DNA from: a virus
Length of the DNA: 64,000 bases
Virus record (IMG/VR): IMGVR_UViG_3300018080_000118
Coordinates: 32,001 to 96,000 of that record
Strand: one strand, 5' to 3'
Positions 49,301-57,330 of the stretch are shown here, piece by piece. The position numbers were made by a program, and so were the translations under genes. Position 1 is the stretch's first letter. Every line of letters starts with the position of its first letter. Below the pieces are notes generated by a model. The model searched no databases. It was not told the DNA's origin and worked only from the letters and a program-made list of their open reading frames with translations.

Positions 49301-49513
49301 CTCGGCCCGATCGTCATCGACGAGCCGTTCTTCGACCTGATCTCCACCAACATCCAGGCCGTCAAGGACGACGTGCTGCAGGAGAAGGAGCTGCGGGAGA
49401 TCGTCTTCCTCAGCATCGAGGAGGATCCCAACCAGGCCGACCAGTTCCTCGCCAAGTTCCGGGTGACACCGTTCATCTCCGGGGCCAAGGGTGAGATCAC
49501 CATCTACATCTAA
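46349..49513 (+). CDS. Contractile tail sheath protein with large inserted domains
   Basis: N-terminal RPDIIVTQVF...PVCFIG; sheath C-domain YIPVPL...PEKKRER...QPLSN...YMEH...RAISTD...ITIYI. Confidence 0.8.
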   Translation: MAESLRPDIIVTQVFDTPQPTVPVTNLPVCFIGLNRQFVWRENAGSFEGGQPGQQYFFPNLSAGAVIEQPGATLDVAEFPDVLEPHVYIQNVHGVGEVTGGDLTYAFATDPPTFSISPSASVVFEIATGDDGSYSAATGYFLDNEADFIEDQVAAADEILVLHNDGSYYKAFDVVDILSDNQLDVLRANKATTPALPTAALTAEDAFGFRTITDTNQQLMSTGVDIGDLVTIDGWDQVTSVLGGDYGAAGTGTGTPATSRLFTDASKDFAAAGVLAADVIFSADSLGDWVPFFQVTGGIGTTQITDVENIVTSPSAIPALTASSTGVPYDVMRYSAPRDLTGGAVVSSTTGEYDAQGVTAWTFTPSVSTNRIFHDASAVYTSGTVVAGDEIVIDVIASGPPYLKPGNWPQFVVVSVLSATDLEISQHDSNVPLPTATVLNPSFVSYEIRDATSVTSNTAGSYTAEGGGGAPAGQRRITATGKDFVTAGVIAGDFIQDLAGNTLFTIVTVHPSGTGTLDVQNIVPGNPPAASSDARFAFYVNDQNPAILEVVSVDSETVMTVKNTLSGSPGTGAYPGLFVTNITFADTGQDVTYKINKTQTGTALEGTVLCTYTARRNDYLNSIVPVDINTYQTVLGPPVPGNDLSLAFKKVFEVLGATAYFVQVPNDTLDDWTEAFTLAANEIIYIPVPLTQREDVIQLTNTHVTEFSKPEKKRERISYVCHKEVVQTTRRSATSAMTFTKSATGVTNVVSTAVDLTAYGTIVGDVLSGTFNDGTTDYTITNARIISITPSTPAVGQSTMRVVADASVPVSSSGTVANWNVKSKPLSLLQRAQQQAAYTTAISNRRLRNLWPDTIEDTFTDETAGEGSSTGFFGGGDQIATLGGEYLCVMEAGKRANENPSQPLSNFPAGSIHKIIDPMGDNITYQDIILDGGNYYMEHEGDDQPPKAIRAISTDTSDLYKLEDNVPSQIDSFARKLRSQLKPMLGPIVIDEPFFDLISTNIQAVKDDVLQEKELREIVFLSIEEDPNQADQFLAKFRVTPFISGAKGEITIYI

Positions 49514-49524
49514 AGGAGCCTGAC

Positions 49525-49836
49525 ATGGACGCGAAGGAAATTTTCCTGAACGGCTTCTACGGCGTGTTCGAGAAGACCGCCTCGGAAGACGAGAAAAAGG
49601 AAGAGCCCAAGAAGGAAGAGGGCGAGAAGAAGCCTCTGCCCTTCTTCATGAAGAAGAAGGACGAGGACAAGAAGGAAGAGAAGAAAGAGGACAAGAAGGA
49701 AGAGAAGAAGGAAGAGGGCGAAGAGAAAGCCGCCTCCGTCTTCATGGACGGCTTCTCCGACTTCTTCTCCAAGGTCGCCGAAGAGGAGGCTGACAACCCC
49801 CTCGACGCTTTTCTGAAGCGGATCGGCAAAGCGTAG
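49525..49836 (+). CDS. Small charged protein with two F-x-x-G-F...K-x-A tags
   Basis: IFLNGFYGVFEKTAS and VFMDGFSDFFSKVAE flank an E/K low-complexity linker. Confidence 0.7.
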   Translation: MDAKEIFLNGFYGVFEKTASEDEKKEEPKKEEGEKKPLPFFMKKKDEDKKEEKKEDKKEEKKEEGEEKAASVFMDGFSDFFSKVAEEEADNPLDAFLKRIGKA

Positions 49837-49848
49837 GAGGCGGAGCCT

Positions 49849-50088
49849 GTGTTCTACGAAGCTTTCGCTGACGAGATGCAGAAGCTTGGCAAGGACTGGA
49901 TCGCCGGAGCCACCAAGAACAAGGGGGGCCTCCACAGATCTCTCGGTGTGCCGGAAGGGGAAGACATCCCGGACTCGAAGATCGAGGCCGCTGCCAAGAA
50001 GAAGGGTCGCGTGGGGCGGCAGGCAAGGCTCGCCGAAACGCTCAAGGGTCTTCGAAAGAAGAAAAAGAAGAAGGACGGGGAGAAGTAG
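49849..50088 (+). CDS. Small basic protein with FYEAFADEMQKLG tag
   Basis: AGGAGG SD and GTG start; cargo WIAGATKNKGGLHRSLGVPEG...RQARLAETLK. Confidence 0.7.
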   Translation: MFYEAFADEMQKLGKDWIAGATKNKGGLHRSLGVPEGEDIPDSKIEAAAKKKGRVGRQARLAETLKGLRKKKKKKDGEK

Positions 50089-50124
50089 CTCCCACCTTCA
50101 CCACACCGTATAAGGAGATGAGCT

Positions 50125-50871
50125 GTGGCTGGAACAACCTTTCTGAACTGGAACTGGGCCAAAGAGCACGTCCAGGCCGAACTCACCAACGGTGAGTACA
50201 TCTCGGCCGAATCCACGCTCCTCCTCGCAGGGCCATCCAGGCTGGAGTATCTCCTCACGCCTGGCGCGGACCTTCAGCAGGTGAAGAGCTCGCTCTACCC
50301 CATCGGCCTGATCCAGAACTTCATGATGGCCCAGAACCGCTTCCTCACGAGGCTGTTCGAGGTCGGCTCCAAGCGGGCGTACTTCGTGGCCGGTCGTCTG
50401 GCAGCCAACTTCCAGATCAACCGTGTCATGTTCTTCGGGCCGTCGCTGCTGCGTCTGCTCTACGCCATCGCGCCGAGCAACATCGAGAACTTCGGGGGCA
50501 ACCCGTTCACCTTCGCCGATGACACGCAGCCAGGATCGTACTTGGCTCAGAACCAGACCGTGTCGCCGCCAAGGTACGCCGCCCTCTTTCCGCAGCGCCT
50601 GCTGGCCGCGCCCGGCTACGGCGGCACCGCCGGCAAGGACAACCGGGACTTCTTCATCAACCTGGCCTCCGACCTGTTCCAGATCCCCTTCGGCTTCGCT
50701 GCCATCTTCAAGGACGCGAAGAACCGGCCCTACGGTGCGTGCTACCTGCAGGAAGCGCTCATCGAGGCGCACAGCATGGGGGTGGATGCGAACAACGTGG
50801 TGATCGCGGAAGGTGTGAACGGGCAGTTCGACCAGGTCGCGCCGATCCAGCTCATCACCGCAACCGACTAG
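50125..50871 (+). CDS. Tail tube protein
   Basis: TAAGGAG SD; follows the sheath; PIGLIQNF...RLFEVGSKRAYF...YLQEALIEAHSMGVDA. Confidence 0.65.
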   Translation: MAGTTFLNWNWAKEHVQAELTNGEYISAESTLLLAGPSRLEYLLTPGADLQQVKSSLYPIGLIQNFMMAQNRFLTRLFEVGSKRAYFVAGRLAANFQINRVMFFGPSLLRLLYAIAPSNIENFGGNPFTFADDTQPGSYLAQNQTVSPPRYAALFPQRLLAAPGYGGTAGKDNRDFFINLASDLFQIPFGFAAIFKDAKNRPYGACYLQEALIEAHSMGVDANNVVIAEGVNGQFDQVAPIQLITATD

Positions 50872-51845
50872 GAATCAATCGGCCTGTGACGACGGAGCTC
50901 AAGATACAGCTTCTTGAGCCCGTCGTTTTCTATTTGGCGGATTCTTTCCTTGGTGACGTTGAACATGTCGGCGAGGCTCTGCAGCGTCTCCTCCGGGTAC
51001 CCTAGCCCGTAGTGTCGCCGGATGATCTCTTCCTCGTGTGGGTCCAGCACCCTCATGGCTCCGTGCAGCGCGGTGAAGGTCTCGGTGTTGATGGCAGTGA
51101 TGGGGATAGGTGGGATGCCCGGATCTTCTGCGTCACAGATCTCGATAGGGATGTTGGTGATCGCAGAGGTCTGGAAGATGTTGAGGGTGCTAGCACTCCA
51201 GCCGATGTGGTCGGCTACCTCTTCGTGCGAGGGGCGTACTCCTTTGAGCTCGGTTAGGTTCTTCTCGCCTTTCTTGAAGTCCCTCATCAGCTGCTTGGCT
51301 GCTGGAGGCTTCTGACCATCTACGAACTCTAGTCCTTTTCTGATGAACGAGTCGATCCAGTGCACGGCGTACGTTGAGAAGCGCACGTTCCGAGAGAGGT
51401 CAAACAGCTCAATCGCGCGGAGCAGTCCGTCTGTACCGTAGGACACGAGCTCCATGGCATTCGGATCATTCTGGCTTCGGAACCGCAACACCCGGGAAAG
51501 GACAAGGCGCATGTTATGCAGGATGAAGGTTTCCCAGGCAGCTCGGACTTCGTTGTCAGAGGGTCCGGAGGAGTCTTCGAGGAGCTGGTCGAGTACGCTT
51601 GCGATGTCATCGGCGGGTAGCAGCTCCTCAACAAGATCTTGCCCATTGTAGAGGTCGACTCCGAGCTCCACGCAGTCAAGGAATTCCGTAATCTCCTCGT
51701 CGATCTTGTCAGATTCCGGCGGGGGGAGGCCCTTGATTGTTCTCAGCAAGCGACGCTCCTCCTTCGCGGAGAGCGGGGCCTTGCTTCTGAACTTCTCGTA
51801 GTACCCTCGGAAGTCTTCCTGATGTCCTCGGTTACCTGCGCTCAT
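50868..51845 (-). CDS. RNA polymerase sigma-70 family factor (RpoD/RpoS-like)
   Basis: Region 2 HNMRLV...GLLRAIELFD...RFSTYAVHWI; region 4 TLQSLADMFNVTKERIRQIE; GAAGGAG SD at ATG 51845. Confidence 0.92.
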   Translation of the reverse strand: MSAGNRGHQEDFRGYYEKFRSKAPLSAKEERRLLRTIKGLPPPESDKIDEEITEFLDCVELGVDLYNGQDLVEELLPADDIASVLDQLLEDSSGPSDNEVRAAWETFILHNMRLVLSRVLRFRSQNDPNAMELVSYGTDGLLRAIELFDLSRNVRFSTYAVHWIDSFIRKGLEFVDGQKPPAAKQLMRDFKKGEKNLTELKGVRPSHEEVADHIGWSASTLNIFQTSAITNIPIEICDAEDPGIPPIPITAINTETFTALHGAMRVLDPHEEEIIRRHYGLGYPEETLQSLADMFNVTKERIRQIENDGLKKLYLELRRHRPIDS

Positions 51846-52297
51846 ACAGGGAACTCCTTCGCCACAAGCGTGGCAATCATGTTCATCATGGTGGGAGCCC
51901 TGTACTTGTTGACGCGGAGAATGGTGACGTCCCAGTTGGAGCGCCACAACGGGTTGAGGCCCGCCTCCACTTCGACGTCGTTCTGGACGTCAGCCACAGT
52001 GATCACGGGGCCACAGATCTTGGTCTGGAAGAAGAGGCTCATCTCAGCCATCATCTTCTGCGAGAGCTTGATGAAGTGGAACACCACCTTTGACGTCGTC
52101 TCCGTCAGAGGGATCACAGCGTACTCCATTTCGCCCTCGCGCAGCTGCTTCTTGTGCCACTGGATGTCGACCTCTTTGTCCCCCGCCTCCAGGCCTTTCC
52201 GCACGAGATCCAGGTCTTCCTGGGTGAAGGAGGACAGAGCCTCCTGGTATTCCGGGTCTCCCGGCTGAAGGATCTTGCTCTTCTTCTCTTCACTCAT
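51842..52297 (-). CDS. Hypothetical protein
   Basis: AGGAG SD; coupled to the sigma gene. Confidence 0.6.
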   Translation of the reverse strand: MSEEKKSKILQPGDPEYQEALSSFTQEDLDLVRKGLEAGDKEVDIQWHKKQLREGEMEYAVIPLTETTSKVVFHFIKLSQKMMAEMSLFFQTKICGPVITVADVQNDVEVEAGLNPLWRSNWDVTILRVNKYRAPTMMNMIATLVAKEFPV

Positions 52298-52712
52298 TAC
52301 GACGTCTCCTAATTGGAATCAGTATATCAGCATAGGCGGCGAATACCCGGACCAGATCCTCAAACTTGAACCTGGAGAAATATCGCTCGACGATGCTGCC
52401 GATGAACCTGCCGTACCCGGAACAGTTGTCGTGCTCGAACGCGAGATCTGCAAAGTGGTCTGCGGCGTCGTCGCTGATCTTGACGTACGCCACGTTGTTC
52501 CGCTTCTCATTGACGATGCAGCCTTCGTACGGGCGTGCGTTAGCTATGTAGTCACGGATAGCCGCACGGATAATATCCTCCCGGTTTCTCTGCGACTCCA
52601 CGCTCAGGCGCTGCAGCGTAGCATACGCCTTGTCGTTCAGACCTATTCGGATTTTCTTTCGGAATCTGAACGGGAAGCGGGGATAGCGAACTCGTTTTCG
52701 CACTCGTGACAC
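52290..52712 (-). CDS. Tandem ribbon-helix-helix DNA-binding protein
   Basis: KIRIGLNDKAYATLQRLSVESQRNREDIIRAAIRDY plus a second degenerate unit; GTG start with GAGGTG SD. Confidence 0.55.
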   Translation of the reverse strand: MSRVRKRVRYPRFPFRFRKKIRIGLNDKAYATLQRLSVESQRNREDIIRAAIRDYIANARPYEGCIVNEKRNNVAYVKISDDAADHFADLAFEHDNCSGYGRFIGSIVERYFSRFKFEDLVRVFAAYADILIPIRRRRNE

Positions 52713-52846
52713 TGGTACACCTCGCCCGTGTTCGCCGTGGCTTCTTTCACAAGCTCGCCCTCTTTGACGATCGTCGTACAGGCTGCTCGCTTCTGTGTCT
52801 TGTAGCTGCCGCACAGGGGGCAGCACACCGCGCCGTACTTTTCCAT
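52643..52846 (-). CDS. Small zinc-ribbon protein
   Basis: CPLCGS...YQCHECENEF; AGGAGG SD. Confidence 0.65.
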   Translation of the reverse strand: MEKYGAVCCPLCGSYKTQKRAACTTIVKEGELVKEATANTGEVYQCHECENEFAIPASRSDSERKSE

Positions 52847-52915
52847 CTGCTCCTCCTGTCGTCCTTCAAGGTTATTGATGCCCATATTTTGGTCGAAGTA
52901 AAATAAAGGCCCCGG

Positions 52916-53428
52916 TTACCCGAGGCCAGCTAGAGCGACCGCAAGGGCATCGGCGCGGTCCTGCTCGTTTTCTTTTAGATCAAGATCGAACTGGGCATTG
53001 ATGACGGTGCGAATTCTACTCTTGCCGATACGGCTGATCTCGCCCCGCTTCTTGCCCCTCTTCTGCTGCGGGGAGAGCGCTTTCACGCCAATGCGCGCCA
53101 TGACCGTGTGGACCGCTAGCGTCTGTGGCTCGATCTTCCCGTAAAACATAGAGGCGAGCGTCGCCGTGGCGATGTAGTTCTGCAGGATCTTCACGACCTT
53201 CTGGTTCCGCATCGACGACATCTCTTCGACGGTGACACGGTCTGGGCGGTACTCCTCGATGAGGGAACCGATGTGTGCGAAGAGGCGCGCCATCCTGTGA
53301 GGGTGTCGGAGATTCTCGTTCAGCTCTAGGACGCCGGAGGCTATGTGCTCCAGCTCTCCGTCGCCGCCTTTTACGACGGCCCACCCTACCAGCTTGCTGC
53401 TTGTGTCGAGGCCCAGCGATGTGATCAT
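52916..53428 (-). CDS. ruvC: RuvC-like Holliday junction resolvase
   Basis: LGLDTSSKLVGWAVV, PDRVTVEE and DRADALAVA. Confidence 0.88.
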   Translation of the reverse strand: MITSLGLDTSSKLVGWAVVKGGDGELEHIASGVLELNENLRHPHRMARLFAHIGSLIEEYRPDRVTVEEMSSMRNQKVVKILQNYIATATLASMFYGKIEPQTLAVHTVMARIGVKALSPQQKRGKKRGEISRIGKSRIRTVINAQFDLDLKENEQDRADALAVALAGLG

Positions 53429-53712
53429 TTCTCATTCCTCACCAGTATCTCGTGCCCTCCGGCGACCTCGATATACTTATACTTGTCTCCGTCCATGACG
53501 AAGTGATCGCAGGAGCTGCTGAGCATAATCATCTCAGCACGACCTTCTCGTTGCTCCACGTCGCAGAACTTCCCGGCACTCTCCCAATCCTTCACCGGGT
53601 CGCCGGTGTTGAATACCGTTTTGCTCTTCCCGATACGTACCTCGATACCACGATACGTATCTTGATCTACATCATTATAGAGGATGCTGATCATCCCCAG
53701 TTTGTTGCTCAT
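53425..53712 (-). CDS. Hypothetical protein
   Basis: Coupled ATGA overlaps. Confidence 0.6.
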   Translation of the reverse strand: MSNKLGMISILYNDVDQDTYRGIEVRIGKSKTVFNTGDPVKDWESAGKFCDVEQREGRAEMIMLSSSCDHFVMDGDKYKYIEVAGGHEILVRNEK

Positions 53713-54140
53713 ACATCACCCCTCCCCGTGCCCAGGTCGGGCACGTCCCACTGCATCTTCTCGCGCTGCTTCTTCATAGCTTTGATCATTTTGGCGCGCT
53801 TCGATGGTGGGATCTTTTCGAAGGGGAGCGAGACCGGAGCTTCCGGGATGGCTGTGAAGGGGATCGTCCCGAAGAGATCTACGAAACGTCGATAGACGTC
53901 GTGCGGTGAGATGTGATCAAACCGCTTCTTCGGGAACATCCACCTCGGAAGCTCCAGCTCGAAAGGTTCGTCCATGGGCGTGAGGTACGCAAAGTCCAAG
54001 GACTTCACGCTCCCCTGAACCGTTACCACGCAGTAGATGAAGTGAGCCTTGATCCGATACATCCCCTTATTGTATCGGATGTCCCCGACCTTGATGGTCC
54101 AGAACGGCTCAAACCTAGGCTTCGGTTCTTGCTTCGCCAT
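53709..54140 (-). CDS. Hypothetical protein
   Basis: GGGAG SD; 143 aa. Confidence 0.6.
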   Translation of the reverse strand: MAKQEPKPRFEPFWTIKVGDIRYNKGMYRIKAHFIYCVVTVQGSVKSLDFAYLTPMDEPFELELPRWMFPKKRFDHISPHDVYRRFVDLFGTIPFTAIPEAPVSLPFEKIPPSKRAKMIKAMKKQREKMQWDVPDLGTGRGDV

Positions 54141-54151
54141 GGTCGCTCCCC

Positions 54152-54643
54152 TTAAACATCCTTGAAGGCAGCCCTCGCTTTTCTCGACAGTTCGTGGGCT
54201 CGCTGCATGTGCTTACGAAGCTGTGACTGTCGTGGGCTGTCGTTGTCTTTCTTGCGGCGGGATATGACGTGGAACGAACAGCCGCCGCCCATGGGCTGTG
54301 CTATTCCTTCGTTCACACGTTTCCAGATACGTTTGATGAGAAGGCGTGCCTTCTTGTTTGTCTGCGTATCTGGTCGGTACAGGGCGTCCAGGGCTGCCTG
54401 GGAATCAGTATACACATGGAGATAAACAGACCTCGGCGCGACGCCAAACGACCGAAGCACTTGGGGCAGTAGCTCAAGACCCGTCCATATTGCAGTTAGC
54501 TCAGCCCGCATCTGGTTCATCCTGGAGTGCAGGGGGAGTCGTATTTCGAAGTACACCTTGCTTGGGTCCTCCGCTTTTACGACCACCCCCTGTCCCCCGA
54601 TCATCTTGCCTACTGCTGCATCAACAAAGAGAAGCAGCTCCAT
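54152..54643 (-). CDS. Ribonuclease HI-like protein
   Basis: LFVDAA, NQMRAELTAI, VYTDSQ and RAHELSR. Confidence 0.8.
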   Translation of the reverse strand: MELLLFVDAAVGKMIGGQGVVVKAEDPSKVYFEIRLPLHSRMNQMRAELTAIWTGLELLPQVLRSFGVAPRSVYLHVYTDSQAALDALYRPDTQTNKKARLLIKRIWKRVNEGIAQPMGGGCSFHVISRRKKDNDSPRQSQLRKHMQRAHELSRKARAAFKDV

Positions 54644-56335
54644 TTATTTGCACTCCAGCTTGTGCTTCTTGCACAGCTCCACGGACCAGTCACGGATGGC
54701 CTTCAGACGATCGAAGCCCGAGATCCCAGGGTTGTTCTCGTTGATGTCTTTGATCTTCGTCGCCAGGTCAGCCTGGGTGATGTGGCCCTCGCTCTTGAGA
54801 AGGGCAAGGTTGGCCTTGGAGGCTTCGCGGACATCCGCCTCGGTCTCCTCTTCCTCCTCTTCCTCCTCCGACTCCAGCAGGTCGTCGGCGAGCCCTTCTT
54901 CTTCGGACTCCTCTTCCTCGGACTCTTCCTCGGCTTCCTCTTCGGACTCCTCCTCAGATTCCTCCTCGGATTCCTCCTCCTTCTTCTTCTTCTTGGAGGT
55001 CTTCTTCTTGGAAGCCTTTTTCTTCTTGGGGGCGACGAGCTCCTTGGCCTCCTCGTTGCTCAGGCCGTAGGTCTCCGGGTCGGTGAGCAGCATCATGAGC
55101 ACCTTCTTGCGGCTCATGCGTGCGGTGACCTTGAAGCCCATGAGGTCTGCCATCTTCTTCAGCTCGTCGTCGTCCAGAGCGAGGAGCTCCTCGGTGGTGA
55201 GCTTCTCGACGGCCGGCGCTGCCTCCGGCACGCTGTCGAAGAAGCGGCCCGAGGTCTTGGGGATGAGCGCCTTGTCGACCTCGACGGGTGTCTCGCGGAC
55301 CTGCCCCTCCTCGACCTTCATGATCTTGGCGGCGCGTGTCTTGGTCGTGGCGAGAACCATGACCTTCTTGTATGCCTTGAAGGCCGCGAAGACGGACGAG
55401 ACGAGACGCTTGTCGGCCAACTTGCGAAGCTCCGCAGGGAGCTCCTTCAGGGCCTCTGCGTCGGACACCACGAGGACTGGCACGATGCTCTTGGGCAGGA
55501 AGCCTGCGAGCATGTTGAGGGCCGCGTCTGCCGACAGGAAAGACGGCTTGGCGTCCTTCGAGTGGTTGGCGGTGAACTCCTGGAGCGCCTTCTCGAAGAG
55601 CTGGCTCGCCGAGTAGTCCCCGTAGATGGGGTGCTCCCGGAGGATACCCAGACACGACTCGATGATCTCCTGAGCCGCACCGGTCTCGGGCTTGAGGACG
55701 AAGTTCTTGGTCTTCTGGCCGCTCTTTCCGGCTTCGATGCCGAGCGCCTTGTTGACCGCCTCCTTCATCTTGGCCCGGTTCTTGTACTCCTTGCCTGGCA
55801 CGGACTGGGCAATGAGTTTCTGGAGCTTCTTGCCGCTGATCGCCCCTTCCTTGAAGCCCCGGTAGATGATGTGCACGTGGCTCGGGGTGATCTTCTTGAA
55901 CATCTTGGTCTCGATGCCCATCTCGACGAAATACTCCACGAGGCGCAGAGAATTCGCCACGGTGCCGGGATCGATGTTCAGATGCTCGTTGCAGAAGTCC
56001 GCGAAGTTCGCACAGTTGTGCTTGAGGTGAACCTCCTCCTGCTTCATCTTCGCGAGGATGACGGCCTTGTGCTTGTCAGCGTCGTCGCTCGCGTCGATCT
56101 TGGTGGCCAGCATACGCTGCTGCGCCTTCAGCGTGTTCGGGATCTCGTACCCGAGCTTGCTCAGGTCGGTGGTCATGAGCTCGCCCGCTGCTGCGGCGGT
56201 CCCGACCTCGGCCTTCTTCTCGACCTTCTTCTTGGCCGCCTTCTTCTTTCCGGCCTTCTTGGCTTTCTTCGCCGGGGCCTTCTTCTTGGAGGAAGCCTTC
56301 TTCACGACCTTCTTCTTTGCCTTCTTCTTTGCCAT
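54644..56335 (-). CDS. DNA-associated protein with histone-H1-like basic N-tail and acidic tract
   Basis: MAKKKAKKKVVKKASSKKK; HTH-like FADFCNEHLNIDPGTVANSLRL; poly-E/S region. Confidence 0.6.
   Translation of the reverse strand: MAKKKAKKKVVKKASSKKKAPAKKAKKAGKKKAAKKKVEKKAEVGTAAAAGELMTTDLSKLGYEIPNTLKAQQRMLATKIDASDDADKHKAVILAKMKQEEVHLKHNCANFADFCNEHLNIDPGTVANSLRLVEYFVEMGIETKMFKKITPSHVHIIYRGFKEGAISGKKLQKLIAQSVPGKEYKNRAKMKEAVNKALGIEAGKSGQKTKNFVLKPETGAAQEIIESCLGILREHPIYGDYSASQLFEKALQEFTANHSKDAKPSFLSADAALNMLAGFLPKSIVPVLVVSDAEALKELPAELRKLADKRLVSSVFAAFKAYKKVMVLATTKTRAAKIMKVEEGQVRETPVEVDKALIPKTSGRFFDSVPEAAPAVEKLTTEELLALDDDELKKMADLMGFKVTARMSRKKVLMMLLTDPETYGLSNEEAKELVAPKKKKASKKKTSKKKKKEEESEEESEEESEEEAEEESEEEESEEEGLADDLLESEEEEEEEETEADVREASKANLALLKSEGHITQADLATKIKDINENNPGISGFDRLKAIRDWSVELCKKHKLECK
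54845..55030 (-). repeat. Low-complexity coding repeat (EEES/KKK)
   Basis: Imperfect TCCTCTTCCTCGGA-type units encoding EEESEEESEEE. Confidence 0.7.
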
Positions 56336-56347
56336 CAGGCACTCTCC

Positions 56348-57322
56348 TTAGAAACATAGAAAATTGAACGGACAGCGTTTTGCCCTTGCTTGCGTCTTCT
56401 TGTTACAGACCCCTACGAGGTCCTCCCAGCGGCGCTCAGCCACCAGGCCATTGACGGTTCCGATGTACTGGCGTGTCCAGCGCTCCACCTGCGGGTCACG
56501 GGTCATGCAGAAGTTCTTGATGTCTTTCTGTACTGCCCCTTTGTTGATGTAGCGCAGGATGCCGTATTTCGCGCCCAGTAGCCACATGTAAATCTGCAGC
56601 TGCGCGGCATCCTTGCTGTTGGGGTCCTTCAGCCGCTCCCACAGATACGGATCGATCGTCTTGATGTCGACCAGTACGAGGTCGCCTTCAGCGGTTCTGA
56701 GGATGACGTCCACATACCCACTGATTTGCATCTCCTCATCGATGAAGTGGTACTCCATGTACTGCCACGCACCCTTCTCCTTGCAGGGGATTTCTCGGAT
56801 CACCTTCCCTTTGCCGTTCCTCACGGCCACCACATTCCTGCATGGCTTCGTGGGATGCGGCATCAGGCTGCTGGTCTCCTCCCGGTGGCAGTTGGAGCAG
56901 CGCCAGTGACCGAGCACCTGTGCGCTCGGACCAAAATACTTCTGCTGCTCCATCTCGTGGATAGCCGTTCCGACGTCGAAGGTGCGCTGCATGCGGTAGT
57001 CGAACAGTCTTCGCTTCAGCGCGAAGGGGATCTCCTCTGGGCCGCCGTGTACTTCCATCACGGCCTCCAGCATCGGATCCAATGGGCCGTCGACGCCCTC
57101 GCCGAGGAGTTCCAAGAGTATTCGTTCGATGACGTCTTTCTTGAGGCAGGGCGATGCCAGGCCCGAGGGGTTGAAGCGGGCGTTGGCTTTGCGCGCCTCT
57201 CTACCGTAGAACTCCTCTCGTCCTACCTTTGCTATCCTGTCCAGGTCTACCGGCATGTCTGTTGTTACCTTCGGTCGGAAGGCTACAGCCACGCCAGCCA
57301 GCCCTGCGGCTAGTCCTTCCAT
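56348..57322 (-). CDS. Cas4-like PD-(D/E)XK exonuclease
   Basis: PSGLASPC, GTAIHE, ISGYVD...LVDIKT, QLQIYM; C-terminal C...CPF...C Fe-S ligands; extra CSNC insert. Confidence 0.8.
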   Translation of the reverse strand: MEGLAAGLAGVAVAFRPKVTTDMPVDLDRIAKVGREEFYGREARKANARFNPSGLASPCLKKDVIERILLELLGEGVDGPLDPMLEAVMEVHGGPEEIPFALKRRLFDYRMQRTFDVGTAIHEMEQQKYFGPSAQVLGHWRCSNCHREETSSLMPHPTKPCRNVVAVRNGKGKVIREIPCKEKGAWQYMEYHFIDEEMQISGYVDVILRTAEGDLVLVDIKTIDPYLWERLKDPNSKDAAQLQIYMWLLGAKYGILRYINKGAVQKDIKNFCMTRDPQVERWTRQYIGTVNGLVAERRWEDLVGVCNKKTQARAKRCPFNFLCF

Positions 57323-57330
57323 GGTTCCCC

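Noticed and set aside
56348-57322. Cas4-like gene as evidence of a CRISPR-Cas system
   Set aside because: No repeat-spacer array or other cas genes are seen. Solo Cas4-like exonucleases are common in phage recombination modules.
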